64,000 nucleotides of DNA from Nemertoderma westbladi (taxonomy: Eukaryota > Animalia > Xenacoelomorpha), in contig JAUCBJ010001771.1 of assembly GCA_032718475.1 (NCBI GenBank), positions 62,001 to 126,000 on the forward strand, in the 5' to 3' direction. Of the stretch, positions 48,058 to 59,490 are shown one piece after another; position 1 is the first letter of the stretch, and every line of letters begins with the position of its first letter. A model generated the notes under the pieces. The model made no database searches and was not told the origin of the DNA. It saw nothing but the letters and a program-made list of their open reading frames with translations. The position numbers were made by a program, and so were the translations under genes.

Positions 48058-50086
48058 CCTAATTGGTTAACTGTCTCATGTGTGACCCGGGCCTAATTGG
48101 TTAACTGTCTCATGTGTGACCCGGGCCTAATTGGTTAACTGGCTCATGTGTGACCCGGGCCTAATTGGTTAACTGGCTCATGTGTGACCCGGACCTAATT
48201 GGTTAACTGTCTCATGTGTGACCCGGGTCTAATTGGTTAACTGGCTCATGTGTGACCCGGACCTAATTGGTTAACTGTCTCATGTGTGACCCGGGCCTAA
48301 TTGGTTAACTGTCTCATGTGTGACCCGGGCCTAATTGGTTAACTGGCTCATGTGTGATCCGGGCCTAATTGGTTAACTGGCTCATGTGTGACCCGGACCT
48401 AATTGGTTAACTGTCTCATGTGTGACCCGGGCCTAATTGGTTAACTGGCTCATGTGTGACCCGGGCCTAATTGGTTAACTGGCTCATGTGTGACCCGGAC
48501 CTAATTGGTTAACTGTCTCATGTGTGACCCGGGCCTAATTGGTTAACTGGCTCATGTGTGACCCGGACCTAATTGGTTAACTGTCTCATGTGTGACCCGG
48601 GCCTAATTGGTTAACTGTCTCATGTGTGACCCGGACCTAATTGGTTAACTGTCTCATGTGTGACCCGGGCCTAATTGGTTAACTGGCTCATGTGTGACCC
48701 GGGCCTAATTGGTTAACTGTCTCATGTGTGACCCGGGCCTAATTGGTTAACTGTCTCATGTGTGACCCGGACCTAATTGGTTAACTGTCTCATGTGTGAC
48801 CCGGGCCTAATTGGTTAACTGTCTCATGTGTGACCCGGACCTAATTGGTTAACTGGCTCATGTGTGACCCGGGCCTAATTGGTTAACTGGCTCATGTGTG
48901 ACCCGGGCCTAATTGGTTAACTGGCTCATGTGTGACCCGGGCCTAATTGGTTAACTGGCTCATGTGTGACCCGGACCTAATTGGTTAACTGGCTCATGTG
49001 TGACCCGGGCCTAATTGGTTAACTGTCTCATGTGTGACCCGGGCCTAATTGGTTAACTGTCTCATGTGTGACCCGGGCCTAATTGGTTAACTGGCTCATG
49101 TGTGACCCGGGCCTAATTGGTTAACTGTCTCATGTGTGACCCGGGCCTAATTGGTTAACTGGCTCATGTGTGACCCGGGCCTAATTGGTTAACTGTCTCA
49201 TGTGTGACCCGGGCCTAATTGGTTAACTGGCTCATGTGTGACCCGGGCCTAATTGGTTAACTGGCTCATGTGTGACCCGGACCTAATTGGTTAACTGTCT
49301 CATGTGTGACCCGGGCCTAATTGGTTAACTGGCTCATGTGTGACCCGGACCTAATTGGTTAACTGTCTCATGTGTGACCCGGGCCTAATTGGTTAACTGG
49401 CTCATGTGTGACCCGGACCTAATTGGTTAACTGTCTCATGTGTGACCCGGGCCTAATTGGTTAACTGTCTCATGTGTGACCCGGGCCTAATTGGTTAACT
49501 GTCTCATGTGTGACCCGGGCCTAATTGGTTAACTGGCTCATGTGTGACCCGGGCCTAATTGGTTAACTGGCTCATGTGTGACCCGGGCCTAATTGGTTAA
49601 CTGGCTCATGTGTGACCCGGACCTAATTGGTTAACTGGCTCATGTGTGACCCGGGCCTAATTGGTTAACTGGCTCATGTGTGACCCGGGCCTAATTGGTT
49701 AACTGGCTCATGTGTGACCCGGGCCTAATTGGTTAACTGGCTCATGTGTGACCCGGACCTAATTGGTTAACTGGCTCATGTGTGACCCGGGCCTAATTGG
49801 TTAACTGGCTCATGTGTGACCCGGACCTAATTGGTTAACTGGCTCATGTGTGACCCGGGCCTAATTGGTTAACTGTCTCATGTGTGACCCGGGCCTAATT
49901 GGTTAACTGTCTCATGTGTGACCCGGGCCTAATTGGTTAACTGTCTCATGTGTGACCCGGGCCTAATTGGTTAACTGTCTCATGTGTGACCCGGGCCTAA
50001 TTGGTTAACTGGCTCATGTGTGACCCGGGCCTAATTGGTTAACTGTCTCATGTGTGACCCGGGCCTAATTGGTTAACTGTCTCATG
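48058..50086. repeat. 34-bp minisatellite, about 60 copies, with two biallelic positions
   Basis: Unit CCTAATTGGTTAACTG(T/G)CTCATGTGTGACCCGG(G/A), head-to-tail without spacers. Confidence 0.97.
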
Positions 50087-51371
50087 ATTCGACGGGAAAT
50101 CACTTAGTTCATACTGTAGTTTACCTTGCTTTGCAATTGCAATTCAAAATCAATAAGCCCATGTTCTGTAAGCTTGCGGTGGTACCATTTTTTGATCATG
50201 CAGTATCTATGGGGATTGCGTGTTGTTAGTTCTAAAGAACTTTAATTCCAAACAGGATACGTCATTCATTACAGTTAGTTCCAAAATCTGAATATGAGTA
50301 ATCTTAACAGTAAACGTCATTATACAGTTAGTTCCAATGGAGGTGTAACCGTGTAATTTAACCGCAATTCATTATTGCATACAGTAGTTCCAATGGAGTA
50401 GTATCTTAGTTCTAAACCGAGCGTCATTTGTGCTAAACCGGATACGTCATTATAATCAAAGCGTCAGTCTGTCAGTAGTTCTAATTGTGAACGTCTTATT
50501 TAAATTTATGCTTATTTTTAATATTTCTAGAACATGGTTTTTAGTTATCCAATGTTATCAACAACAAAGATGTATTTTAATAGTGTTTTTTACTTCATAT
50601 TTCCCCACTTGATCTTTTTTCTCCGGGACCCTCATGGAAAACGAGTTTAATATGTCGGCGTCGGCTATCCCCAACACAAAAACAAAAACGTAGTTTTATA
50701 GGCCTATAAACTGATAAAAGGTGTAAGTACTGTAATAGCATATAGTAATTGTTTAGTTTAGTTTAATTTCGCCAGTATCAATAAAAGTATATCTCAAACA
50801 TACAAACACAAATTACTGAATTACAGAAATAAAGATAATCCATGATTAGGACAAAATTACAGTAAAATTAAATTTGAATATGACTGATGACTCGCTATTA
50901 TCTAAAATTATTGAGTTGACAGGTAATTTACGTACTGTAAGTAATGTAATGTACACGTTCTGTCTGTCTGTTATACAGTCTGCACTGCACTGCACCAAGA
51001 TACGTAAATACTTATACATATTATATACATTTTGTTTTTCGTAATGGCTGGCAAGTTACTCAATTGCGTTTTAAGGCGGGAATAAAATATAAATTAAATT
51101 TAGATTAATTAATTACAGATAAAACTCGATAAAAGAAAAATATTAAGTTATACAGTAGGCCTACCATAAGTAACAAGCAATATACTGATATGTGCCTCGA
51201 ATTAAACTAAAGACTACTAAAGAATTATAATTATTATAATAAAAATTATATTTTCCATATCATTTACTGGTCAGCTGGTATGCAGTATGAGTGGTATGTA
51301 TGTATTTACATTATATCGTCTATTATCGTACAATAAATAACTGAATAAATCCCAATCCACAATCTCGCTAT

Positions 51372-51660
51372 CGGTCCGTTTAAACACCCAAATTAAACCA
51401 AATTGACAAAATCACAACAAGTGACACCAAATCACAACAAATCACTCAATATAGCTAAAAAAATTCTAATTTTTATTTTTCAAATCGTTTATTGTTTTGG
51501 TTCCTTCCGGCCTGGCTACCATCTGACCATACTGTAACCTGCTCCTGTACTTTTCAATTGTTTTTGTGATTTGTTGTGATTTGGCATCATTCGGTGTGAT
51601 TTGGTTTTGGGATCATTTTTTGTGATTTGGTTTGTGATTTGGTGTGATTTAGTCTGGACC
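51372..51660. mobile_element. Degenerate MITE with GGTCC/GGACC termini
   Basis: ACACCAAATCACAACAAATCAC repeats on the left are inverted as GTGATTTGTTGTGATTTGG on the right; TSD not discernible. Confidence 0.55.
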
Positions 51661-51762
51661 TGACGGCTGACGCTGACCATGCGCTGACAGTCAACAGTAC
51701 CTACTACAATAATATACTGTATAATACACTAGTGCAGTAGTGTACCGATAATACTGCTGTAC

Positions 51763-52006
51763 TGTAATAGCTGTGTGTGGTGCATGGGCCGAAATGAGTT
51801 CTAGTCGAGTGAGGCCCCCATGCAACCAAGAAGAAAAGAAGATAGACAGATTGACAGATAAGGTATATCAGTATTGCAGTATGATATTCAAACGGTTACA
51901 GCATTAGGTAGAACAGCAGTTCTCACATACCGGTAGGTAGGACTGTACTGCAGTTAGTTTAGGACCACACGACATATCTACAGTATTATTATGTGAGTTC
52001 CCCACA
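51763..52006 (-). repeat. Putative 3' LTR of the Gypsy element
   Basis: Starts TGTGGGG on the minus strand immediately after the PPT CTGGGGGGGAGTAG (52007-52020); the far end (…TTACA at 51763) is a guess because no second LTR copy was found. Confidence 0.5.
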
Positions 52007-52063
52007 CTACTCCCCCCCAGTGTGGTACTTGTATGAAACCTGTACACTCTTGAGTCTTTACAT

Positions 52064-55000
52064 TTAGATGCCCAAGCGTGATGGAAGTCGGGAAAACCTG
52101 CCTGACCTTGTGATAGTTGGTTGAGGAGCTGAGACAGGAGTCGGCCGAGATGGTGTTTGAGCTGGGATGAACGGGGGCGCTTCTGGACGGAGATGGTTCC
52201 GTGGCCGGGTTGGTGTATCATCTTTGTTGTCGTTGGACCCATCGAGCCTGGCTGGCTTTAGACGGTCGATCGAGATACACTCAACTTTGTCATTTGGAAA
52301 CAGAAGCCGATAGTATTTGGGAGTACGCTCCACAACAAAATATGGGCCTCTGTATGGTGGCTGGAGAACACGGCGATTCTTGTCCGGTTGCCGAACCCAG
52401 ACGAAGTTACACTTGTGAAGCTCAGGAGGAATGTAGGGAGCACCACCGGTATTGTGGAGTACAGGAGGCAGGCGCAAGTCAGCCATGGCATTCTGTAGGC
52501 GAGGAAGGAAAATACTTTGCCGAGAGTTTCGGTCTTGGATAAGTCCAGGAGGTGGTGATTCATGGAACTGACCAGGAACCGAGATTGGGGCACCAAACAC
52601 CAGTTCGCATGGAGCAGCGCCGATGTCCTCTTTGATGGTGGTACGGTAGCCCAGCAGGACTGTGTCTAGCTCGTCAGCCCAGTTGTCGGAACCCTCCAGC
52701 CGGGCTCGCAGGCCATCCTTGAGCTGCCGATGCAGCCTCTCGACCATCCCATTGGCCTGTGGATGGAAGGCAGTGGTAGTCGTGTGCTGGGTCCCCAAGA
52801 TCCTGTTCAAAGCCGCCCAGATCTCCGCAGTGAACTGGCTGCCCCGATCTGAGGTGATCCTCTGAGGGACTCCAAACCGTGCAACCCATGCGCTGAACAA
52901 TGCTCTGGCACAGTCATCTGAGGTCGGCGGTCCAGCCATTGGAATCACCTCACACCATCTGGTAAAGCGGTCAATAATGGTGAACAGGTGGTCAAAACCA
53001 CGAGACACAGGGAGAGGGCCAACTATGTCGACATGGATGTGCGCAAAGCGCTCCAGGGGTGGGTCGAGGTGTTGGAGTGGAGCCCTGGTGTGTTTGGAGA
53101 TTTTGGCACACTGGCATGCGTGGCACGTCTGTGCCCACTGAATACAGTTCTTTCTCATGGAAGGCCAGACGTATTTAGAGGCCACCATCTGGGCGGATGC
53201 CCGGGCTCCAGGATGCAGTGGTGCGTGCAATGCCTGGATGATTCGTCGACGCCAGGATGCTGGAACGAATGGCCGCGGTTGACTGGTCCGTCTGATGTCG
53301 CACCAGAGGCTGACGCCATTGTCGGCACTTCGTATCTGTCGCAAGACAAGGCCAGTGGCCAAGTCTCCAGCCTGAAGGAGTCGGGTTAGGTCTGGATCAG
53401 TCTTCTGAGCTTTTGCCATGTCGGCAAAATCGATGGTGACTGGCAGGATGGGTGCTAAGTCGATGGCATCGTTCGTAAAAGGTGTGGATGCAGCATCGGA
53501 GGCTGACCTCGACATTGCGTCGGCAACAGCATTGTCTCTCCCTGGAAGGTGCACCAGGTCAGTAGTAAACTCGGAGATGTAACATAAATGGCGGATCTGG
53601 CGTGGTGTCCTATCTGCCGATGATGTGATGGCGCCGACCAATGGTTTGTGGTCGGTGAAAACAGTGAATTTTCGCCCCTCGATGTACCAGGCAAAGTTCC
53701 TGATGGCCAGATAGACTGCCAGTAGTTCGCGATCGAAGGTGCTGTATTTAGTTTCAGCCAACTTCATTTTCGCTGAAAAGAAGGAGAGAGGAACCCACCT
53801 TCCGTCCTGGAATTGTTCAAGGACAGCGCCGACTGCACGGTCAGATGCGTCTGTGGAGACAGCAGTAAGGGCTCCTTCTCGGGGAAAAGCAAGAGTCGCG
53901 GCATTGAGCAGCAGCATCTTGACCTCCTGAAATGCATGAAACTGGGGCCAATTCCACTCCAGTCGAGTTGGTTTACCTGCCAGAACCTTGTGGAGAGGTT
54001 GGAGGACGTGGGCGGCATGGGAGAGGAAGCGTCTATAGAAGTTTATGACACCCAAGAACTCCTGAAGGTCTCTGACTGTTGCCGGTTCTGGGTACTGCTG
54101 GATTGCATCGATTCTGTCAGATGGTGGGCGGATGCCATCAGCAGAGATGGAGTGTCCCAGGATTGTGAGACTAGGAACACCGAAGACACACTTTTCAAGG
54201 TTGATCACCAGCCCATTTGCTGCGAGACGCCCACATAGCATCCTGACATCCTTCTCATGGTCAACCATCCCACAACTACCGATGAGAATGTCGTCCTGGT
54301 AGGGCTTGGAGGCTGGCACTGGTTCGCATACCTCATCCATCAGTCTCTGCTGTGCCTGAGATGCATTGGACAGTCCAAACCCGACTCTGGTAGACTCGAA
54401 CAGGCCGAACGGAGTCGTTATTGCTGTCTTTGCTATGTCGTCTTCATGGACAGGGATCTGATTGTAGGCGCGTTTGAGGTCAATCTTAGTAAAGAGATTG
54501 CAACCTGCGAATGTGTGTGCAAAGTCCTGGATGTTGGGCAGTGGGTATGAGTCATCCTCTGTGATTGAGTTCAATTTGCGGTAATCACCGCATGGGCGCC
54601 AAGAACCATCTGGCTTTGGCACCATGTGGAGTGGGCTGCTCCAGGCGCTCTTGGACCGCCGCATGCTGCCATCGGCAACTTGCCCAAGAATGACTCTCTT
54701 GGCAATTGCCAACTTTTCAGGAGAGAGTCTGCGTGGTTTCGACCGGACAGGCGGCCCATGGGTAGGTATACGGTGGGTTACACCATGGGCGACTGTCTTC
54801 GAAGAGAAATCTGGCTGAGTAATCGACGGAAACTCGGCCAGGATGTCATTCCAGCGACTGCTGGAAGATGGCAGGAGGGAGGAGATGCTTGGGCAGTGCC
54901 CATATGCCAGGATCTGGAGGGAGGCAAAGTCGATGCAAACACCCAAAAAGCGGAGGATGTCTAGGCCAATGATAGGACAGATGACATCAGCGACAGTGAA

Positions 55001-55363
55001 CAACCAAGAAGTCGGTTCATGGTGTGGCAGTGCCACAATCTGTCGCCTGAATCCATAAGTTTTGATGTTGGCACCATCTGCTGCACGGAGCGACCCGGTA
55101 GGGTCGCCATAGCGGTCCCCCGCAACAGCGGGAAGGACGGAAACAGTTGCACCCGAGTCGACCAGGAATTTGACACCAGACTCCTGGTCCCGGACATACA
55201 TGAGAGAGGCCCCAGCACTATAGGCGGACCCACCTACAGCATAGATCGACCCATGGAGGAAAAGCAACGGTTCGACGGTGCCGTTGTCTCGCACATGAGA
55301 GATCAGGCCATTGTAGTTGACGCCGGTCGCCTTGCCTATTGGCGACCGGCACGTGCGTTTCCC
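52064..55363 (-). CDS. Gypsy (CsRn1/Kabuki-like) Pol: protease, RT, RNase H, integrase
   Basis: FLVDSGA, WSSPLHMVPKPDGSWRPCGDYRKLN, YQDD, TDASD...FDRELLA...TDHKPL, HxxxHPG...CHAC, HVDIVGP, SDRGSQF, GMVERLH, PPYRGPY; no stops; ORF track frame 52064-55459, probably entered by frameshift at 55357-55363. Confidence 0.95.
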   Translation of the reverse strand, partial: GKRTCRSPIGKATGVNYNGLISHVRDNGTVEPLLFLHGSIYAVGGSAYSAGASLMYVRDQESGVKFLVDSGATVSVLPAVAGDRYGDPTGSLRAADGANIKTYGFRRQIVALPHHEPTSWLFTVADVICPIIGLDILRFLGVCIDFASLQILAYGHCPSISSLLPSSSSRWNDILAEFPSITQPDFSSKTVAHGVTHRIPTHGPPVRSKPRRLSPEKLAIAKRVILGQVADGSMRRSKSAWSSPLHMVPKPDGSWRPCGDYRKLNSITEDDSYPLPNIQDFAHTFAGCNLFTKIDLKRAYNQIPVHEDDIAKTAITTPFGLFESTRVGFGLSNASQAQQRLMDEVCEPVPASKPYQDDILIGSCGMVDHEKDVRMLCGRLAANGLVINLEKCVFGVPSLTILGHSISADGIRPPSDRIDAIQQYPEPATVRDLQEFLGVINFYRRFLSHAAHVLQPLHKVLAGKPTRLEWNWPQFHAFQEVKMLLLNAATLAFPREGALTAVSTDASDRAVGAVLEQFQDGRWVPLSFFSAKMKLAETKYSTFDRELLAVYLAIRNFAWYIEGRKFTVFTDHKPLVGAITSSADRTPRQIRHLCYISEFTTDLVHLPGRDNAVADAMSRSASDAASTPFTNDAIDLAPILPVTIDFADMAKAQKTDPDLTRLLQAGDLATGLVLRQIRSADNGVSLWCDIRRTSQPRPFVPASWRRRIIQALHAPLHPGARASAQMVASKYVWPSMRKNCIQWAQTCHACQCAKISKHTRAPLQHLDPPLERFAHIHVDIVGPLPVSRGFDHLFTIIDRFTRWCEVIPMAGPPTSDDCARALFSAWVARFGVPQRITSDRGSQFTAEIWAALNRILGTQHTTTTAFHPQANGMVERLHRQLKDGLRARLEGSDNWADELDTVLLGYRTTIKEDIGAAPCELVFGAPISVPGQFHESPPPGLIQDRNSRQSIFLPRLQNAMADLRLPPVLHNTGGAPYIPPELHKCNFVWVRQPDKNRRVLQPPYRGPYFVVERTPKYYRLLFPNDKVECISIDRLKPARLDGSNDNKDDTPTRPRNHLRPEAPPFIPAQTPSRPTPVSAPQPTITRSGRFSRLPSRLGI
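55322..55363 (-). promoter_or_regulatory. -1 ribosomal frameshift signal
   Basis: Slippery heptamer GGGAAAC (55363-55357), 6-nt spacer, then a perfect 10-bp stem GCCGGTCGCC/GGCGACCGGC with a 9-nt loop, in the gag/pol overlap. Confidence 0.85.
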
Positions 55364-56226
55364 GCCGATAACGACTTGGGTGTCGAGGAAGCGGATGGAT
55401 GGGAACATGGATCGTGGCATGTGCGGGCAGCATTGCCGAAACGGGTGTGGTAAAAGCACATTCCTTTGCTCGCCGAGACTGTGTTCCAGTCTTTGTGTGA
55501 GCGGAAGCTGCCGGCTGGGGTTTTCTGCGACTTGGCAATCATATAGGTAGTAGCAGCCATCGGAGACTCCCGGACGATGATGTCGGCCTTCTCCGCATAA
55601 ATCTCGAGTGGAATAGTATCATCCGCCATGATCCGGCGGACTTCAACCGGCATGCAGGACATGAAGTGTATGCGGAAATCGGTTGACTGTGGGGCATCTG
55701 ACAGCGCCTCCATGCGGGCGAGCAAATGCGATGGCTTTTGGTCGCCGAGCGAGACGATCTTGGCCAGATCCTGTGCACGGTCGTAGCTCGATTTGGCAAA
55801 GAGGCGGATCAGTTTCAATTTCAGTTCGAGGTAGTTTGTGCCAGCATTGTTGGGATGAAGAACCTCGTTGTTTACCAGGTCGAGTGTGCTGTCATCGATA
55901 TCAGCGATAAGTCGGACAAACTTATCCTGGTCTGCCACTATTCCCCTCTGCTCAAATGCGCTCTCGACTCGGACGAAGTAACGGCGAATTTCGGTGGTCG
56001 AGAATGGCGGTAGTTTAAATGGGAGAGGGACTTGGTGGGCGATCGCCGGTCTGGCGACTCCTGCCTGGAGGATAGGAGACTGTTGGATGATGGCGGTAGC
56101 AGCATCAGCGTGGGTTGGCGGAACCGTCGCATCGGCTGGCTGACGATCTCTGTGAGCCTGGGTAGGCATTTCGAGGGCTTCCATAGCGGCGAGAGCATCG
56201 GCTGGGCCCACATGGAGAAGGGCCAA
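55336..56226 (-). CDS. Gypsy Gag with CHCC motif
   Basis: KLPPF...YFVRVESAF, LGDQKPSHLL, and CFYHTRFGNAARTCHDPC, the CHCC box characteristic of the CsRn1 clade; overlaps pol in the -1 frame. Confidence 0.92.
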   Translation of the reverse strand: MALLHVGPADALAAMEALEMPTQAHRDRQPADATVPPTHADAATAIIQQSPILQAGVARPAIAHQVPLPFKLPPFSTTEIRRYFVRVESAFEQRGIVADQDKFVRLIADIDDSTLDLVNNEVLHPNNAGTNYLELKLKLIRLFAKSSYDRAQDLAKIVSLGDQKPSHLLARMEALSDAPQSTDFRIHFMSCMPVEVRRIMADDTIPLEIYAEKADIIVRESPMAATTYMIAKSQKTPAGSFRSHKDWNTVSASKGMCFYHTRFGNAARTCHDPCSHPSASSTPKSLSAGNARAGRQ

Positions 56227-57099
56227 GTTGCCTGGGTCCTGTCTGATCAGCAGGATAGCAACTGGGTTTTGGGCGAGGGCTGCCGCTGCGACTTGGGCAT
56301 TGTGGATGAGTTGTTCCGCCGTTGTTCTATATTTTTGCTAGTAATCAAGTACTCGGCTGTAATTGGATGGTTACTGGTAGTTGTATCTCAGTTTTCCTAG
56401 GTTGTGGCAGGTCTGTTAGGCTGTCTTCAATGATTTCATGTAATGGTAGCTGGGTAGGCCTATGGCAACCCTACACAGCTACATACAGCCCTAACCCGAA
56501 GTTAGGCTGCTATAATCGAAGAAATTTTGCTCAAATTCGTAAATTAAAAGTTTTACAGTTTTGCAGTGTAAATTAGGTTAAAAATTCGCACCGTAATTCC
56601 GTGACGTTTAGTTTTGTAATTACCGTTACGATCAGAAACCTTTGAAACTAGAAATTGTTAAATTTATTAATTATAATAGTTTAATGAAAGTGAGCAGCAA
56701 ATATTAGGAAGTACTACAAGTAAGTTTTACAACTCAAATTTGCATCCAATTCGCAGCAATTCTTGTTTACAAAACACCAGTTATTTATATTCGTTTTGCC
56801 GTGTAATTACCGTGACGATTTTTTAAACAACAAATATACAGTAATGAAATTAAATTTTGACTAATTTTTTCGATTTCCATAACTAAATATAGAATTGTAT
56901 TTCCCCTCACACCAAACGCATTGTATATACTTTTGAGGAAGATACATTTCCATCCTTGTGATTCTGAAAATTACTTGCGAAATGTAATTCCGTTATCGTG
57001 GAATTCATGCTAAAACTATATTGTCTTCCTAATAGTGAAACGGTTTTCAAAAATATTGGGAATTTTTCAAGTTATAGCACCAATTTTTAACCCTAATTT

Positions 57100-57760
57100 T
57101 GGCACTTTTTTTGAGGCGTGTTTTGAAAATTACATTTCATTAAATATGATTTGTAACATCTCTATTTTTGATTTATTTACACCGGATTTTGGTGTTTACA
57201 ATTAGATGGAATACATATAAATAAATTTAGATTTTCAAACTTCTTTTTTACGGCTGGTGCCAATTTTGGTGCCAGCACCAAATTTTAAAAAAATATGTCA
57301 ATTTTGAAAATTGATTGTTTGAACCTGTTTTTTGCGCAATATGGATTTTTTTGGGTTCTGGTTTCGATGGAATATATACGAGTTGCATCAGGCGTATCAA
57401 ACTTGTATTTTTCGGCGCTGTGTGCAAATTTTGGTGCCAGCACGAAATTTTGAAAATCCATTAGTACAATAGTTCAATGGCTTGTGAGAACTTATTTCTC
57501 GCGTTTTAGAGCTCTATGGCGGTTCTGAATTCAATGGAATAAATAATTATCTAACTAGACATTTCAAACTTGAAATTTTTCGGAAGTGGGTGCAAAACCA
57601 TCAAATATATCAATTGATAGTGTCAGCTTGTTTCTTGCGTTATACGGGATTATGAGGATCCTGAATCTGATGGAATCAATAAAAACCGGACTGGACATCT
57701 CAAACTTGTACTTTTTGGTTATGGGTACGAAAATTGGTGCTAGCACCAAAATTTGACATG
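57100..57760. repeat. Degenerate ~150-165-bp tandem repeat with a palindromic core
   Basis: AATTTTGGTGC(C/T)AGCAC(C/G)AAATTTT at ~57262, ~57427 and ~57732 with related flanks (GATGGAAT, TCAAACTTGTA). Confidence 0.6.
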
Positions 57761-57804
57761 TTACGCTGAAGAATACGAGTAGCAATGATCTGGCAAATTA
57801 GAAA

Positions 57805-58110
57805 TGTCAGATCATACCTTTGGAAGGACCAATACTCATCAGTATTGTCATTAACAGCATCAAATGTATGGCTGAACATTACAATTAATAAATTCAGAAG
57901 TAGAACATTACTCAATAGCAAATATACAGCTAAAAAAATTAGTGGCCAAAATGTTGATTGCGGTCATCTCCGCATACCAGTTGCCATCGCCAATTCATAA
58001 ATTGGCTCACAATTTACAGAATTATAATTGTCAAGAAATAAGGTGCGATAGACTTGGAAATAGGAATGGTATAATATAGATTCAGATAATTGGGTAGATA
58101 AAGGGTCTTC
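57805..58110 (-). pseudogene. TRPM-family cation channel fragment (pore, S6, TRP box)
   Basis: Hand translation ILYHSYFQVYRTLFLD...[67 protein letters not shown] matches TRPM PYFQIYGELFLD / NLLIAMF / WKFQRY; in-frame TGA at 57964-57966. Confidence 0.82.
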
Positions 58111-58202
58111 TTTCCCGCTAATTTAAATAAATGGTGATTACTGATGCATTTCTCCCGTAACGGGCTTCTTCAGAGTAATTTAAAATTTAAAATAATAACA
58201 CA

Positions 58203-58288
58203 CAACCGCAACCGGTATCTAGCTACAAATAAATAAGTATTAATCCATTAATACTTATTTAGTTGTAGCTAGATACCGGTTGCGGTTG
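58203..58288. repeat. 86-bp near-perfect palindrome
   Basis: 42-bp arms CAACCGCAACCGGTATCTAGCTACAAATAAATAAGTATTAAT, one mismatch, 2-nt spacer CC. Confidence 0.92.
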
Positions 58289-58291
58289 AAA

Positions 58292-58669
58292 TTAACGCTG
58301 TTGAATTAAGTCATTTATGTAGATCAAAAACATTAGCGGTCCTAAGATTGATACCTGGGGAATACCGCATAATATAGGCAACACATTAGATTTACAACCA
58401 GGAATGGAAACATACTGACTATGGTTTGTTAAGTAGTTGGAAAATAAATTGTGTGGAAAACCTCTTATGCCATATAGTTCAAATTTTTTTAATAAAATTT
58501 TATGATTGAGCGTATCAAACGCTTTCTTTAGATCTACAAAAATAACTATCCTGGCATCTGAATTATCAAGCGCAACGCGTAAATTTTCAACCACATTTAA
58601 TAAAGCATCTGCTGTTTTGAGACCTGAAAATTTTCGTAAATATGATGTTAATAGGCCTATATTTTTCAA
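58292..58669 (-). pseudogene. L2/CR1-type RT fragment
   Basis: IFVDLKKAFDTLNHKILLKK..YGIRG, GIPQVSILGPLMFLIYINDL. Confidence 0.88.
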
Positions 58670-58889
58670 ATTTGCGATAACTTTATAACGTTAAATTTCA
58701 TAGTAAAAGAAACGTCACTTAACACACATAAACAATAAAACACTGTACGACAAACAAAAACTAACAGTGAGGTGGGGAGTGTGCATGTGCACGCATCGAC
58801 TATGACGATTCCATCAATAAAAAAATAAAAACCAAATAAAACCTGAAAAAAAACACTAAAACAGAAAAACGTAAAAAAAAAAGAAGCAG

Positions 58890-59490
58890 TTAATATTTAA
58901 ATCTAATTTCTCTAAAAGACTCGGAATGTGCAGCAAAGGACTCTTTGACGCATGCAGCATTACCGACCTGGATACAAACCCCTAAACGTTGACGGAAATG
59001 TTCAATCGATTTTTTGTTGCCAGATACCTGCTGTATACAGTGCCCTAGCTCACGGAGGAATGCTATCGTAGAGGTACCAAGACCCAGTGATTCGACAGCT
59101 TCAGGTTGAATTATAAAATTATGTGAGAGTTCGCCGTATTTCATTAGTTTCCTATCTTCAGCCACGTCTGCTACAGTAGGACCATCTTGGAGTGCTGTTT
59201 GGGAGTAGGAGGGAGCCTAGCGGTGGATGCAGGTAAAGTCCCAAATAAGAGGCTTGCCTCTCACCCATGGGAGCATTGTGGCCCCGTCTGGTCTCTTACC
59301 ATCACATCTGCACATTCTGACAGGTTCTAAGGTGCTAGAAATCTCTGCAGAGCAAGTGCCTGATGAATTGCATCATTCCCGAGCAGAACATTGGTGGCGG
59401 CTCTTAATGTGGTTGCAGGTGAAAGCATGTAGAGCTGATGAGCCTATGGCAGCGCCACACACGCAAGGGTGTGGGATACCAGCATGGACT
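58890..59490 (-). mobile_element. CRE/NeSL-like (restriction-like endonuclease) non-LTR element, 3' part, degenerate
   Basis: HPCV.G...HAFTC zinc finger, [22 protein letters not shown] (PD..D motif), K..KY, P.AVESLG, RQRLGVCIQVGNA. Confidence 0.78.

Noticed and set aside
48058-50086. CRISPR-like array (34-bp repeats)
   Set aside because: Units are contiguous with no unique spacers, no cas genes are present, and the context is eukaryotic.
52201-56576. Many short antisense and alternative-frame ORFs over the Gypsy, BEL, LINE and SON coding regions
   Set aside because: Shadow ORFs of longer coding sequences with no recognisable motifs.
57700-57921. Functional exon of an intron-containing TRPM gene
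   Set aside because: Homology extends upstream through an in-frame stop and a mutated filter residue, and no other exons were seen in the window.
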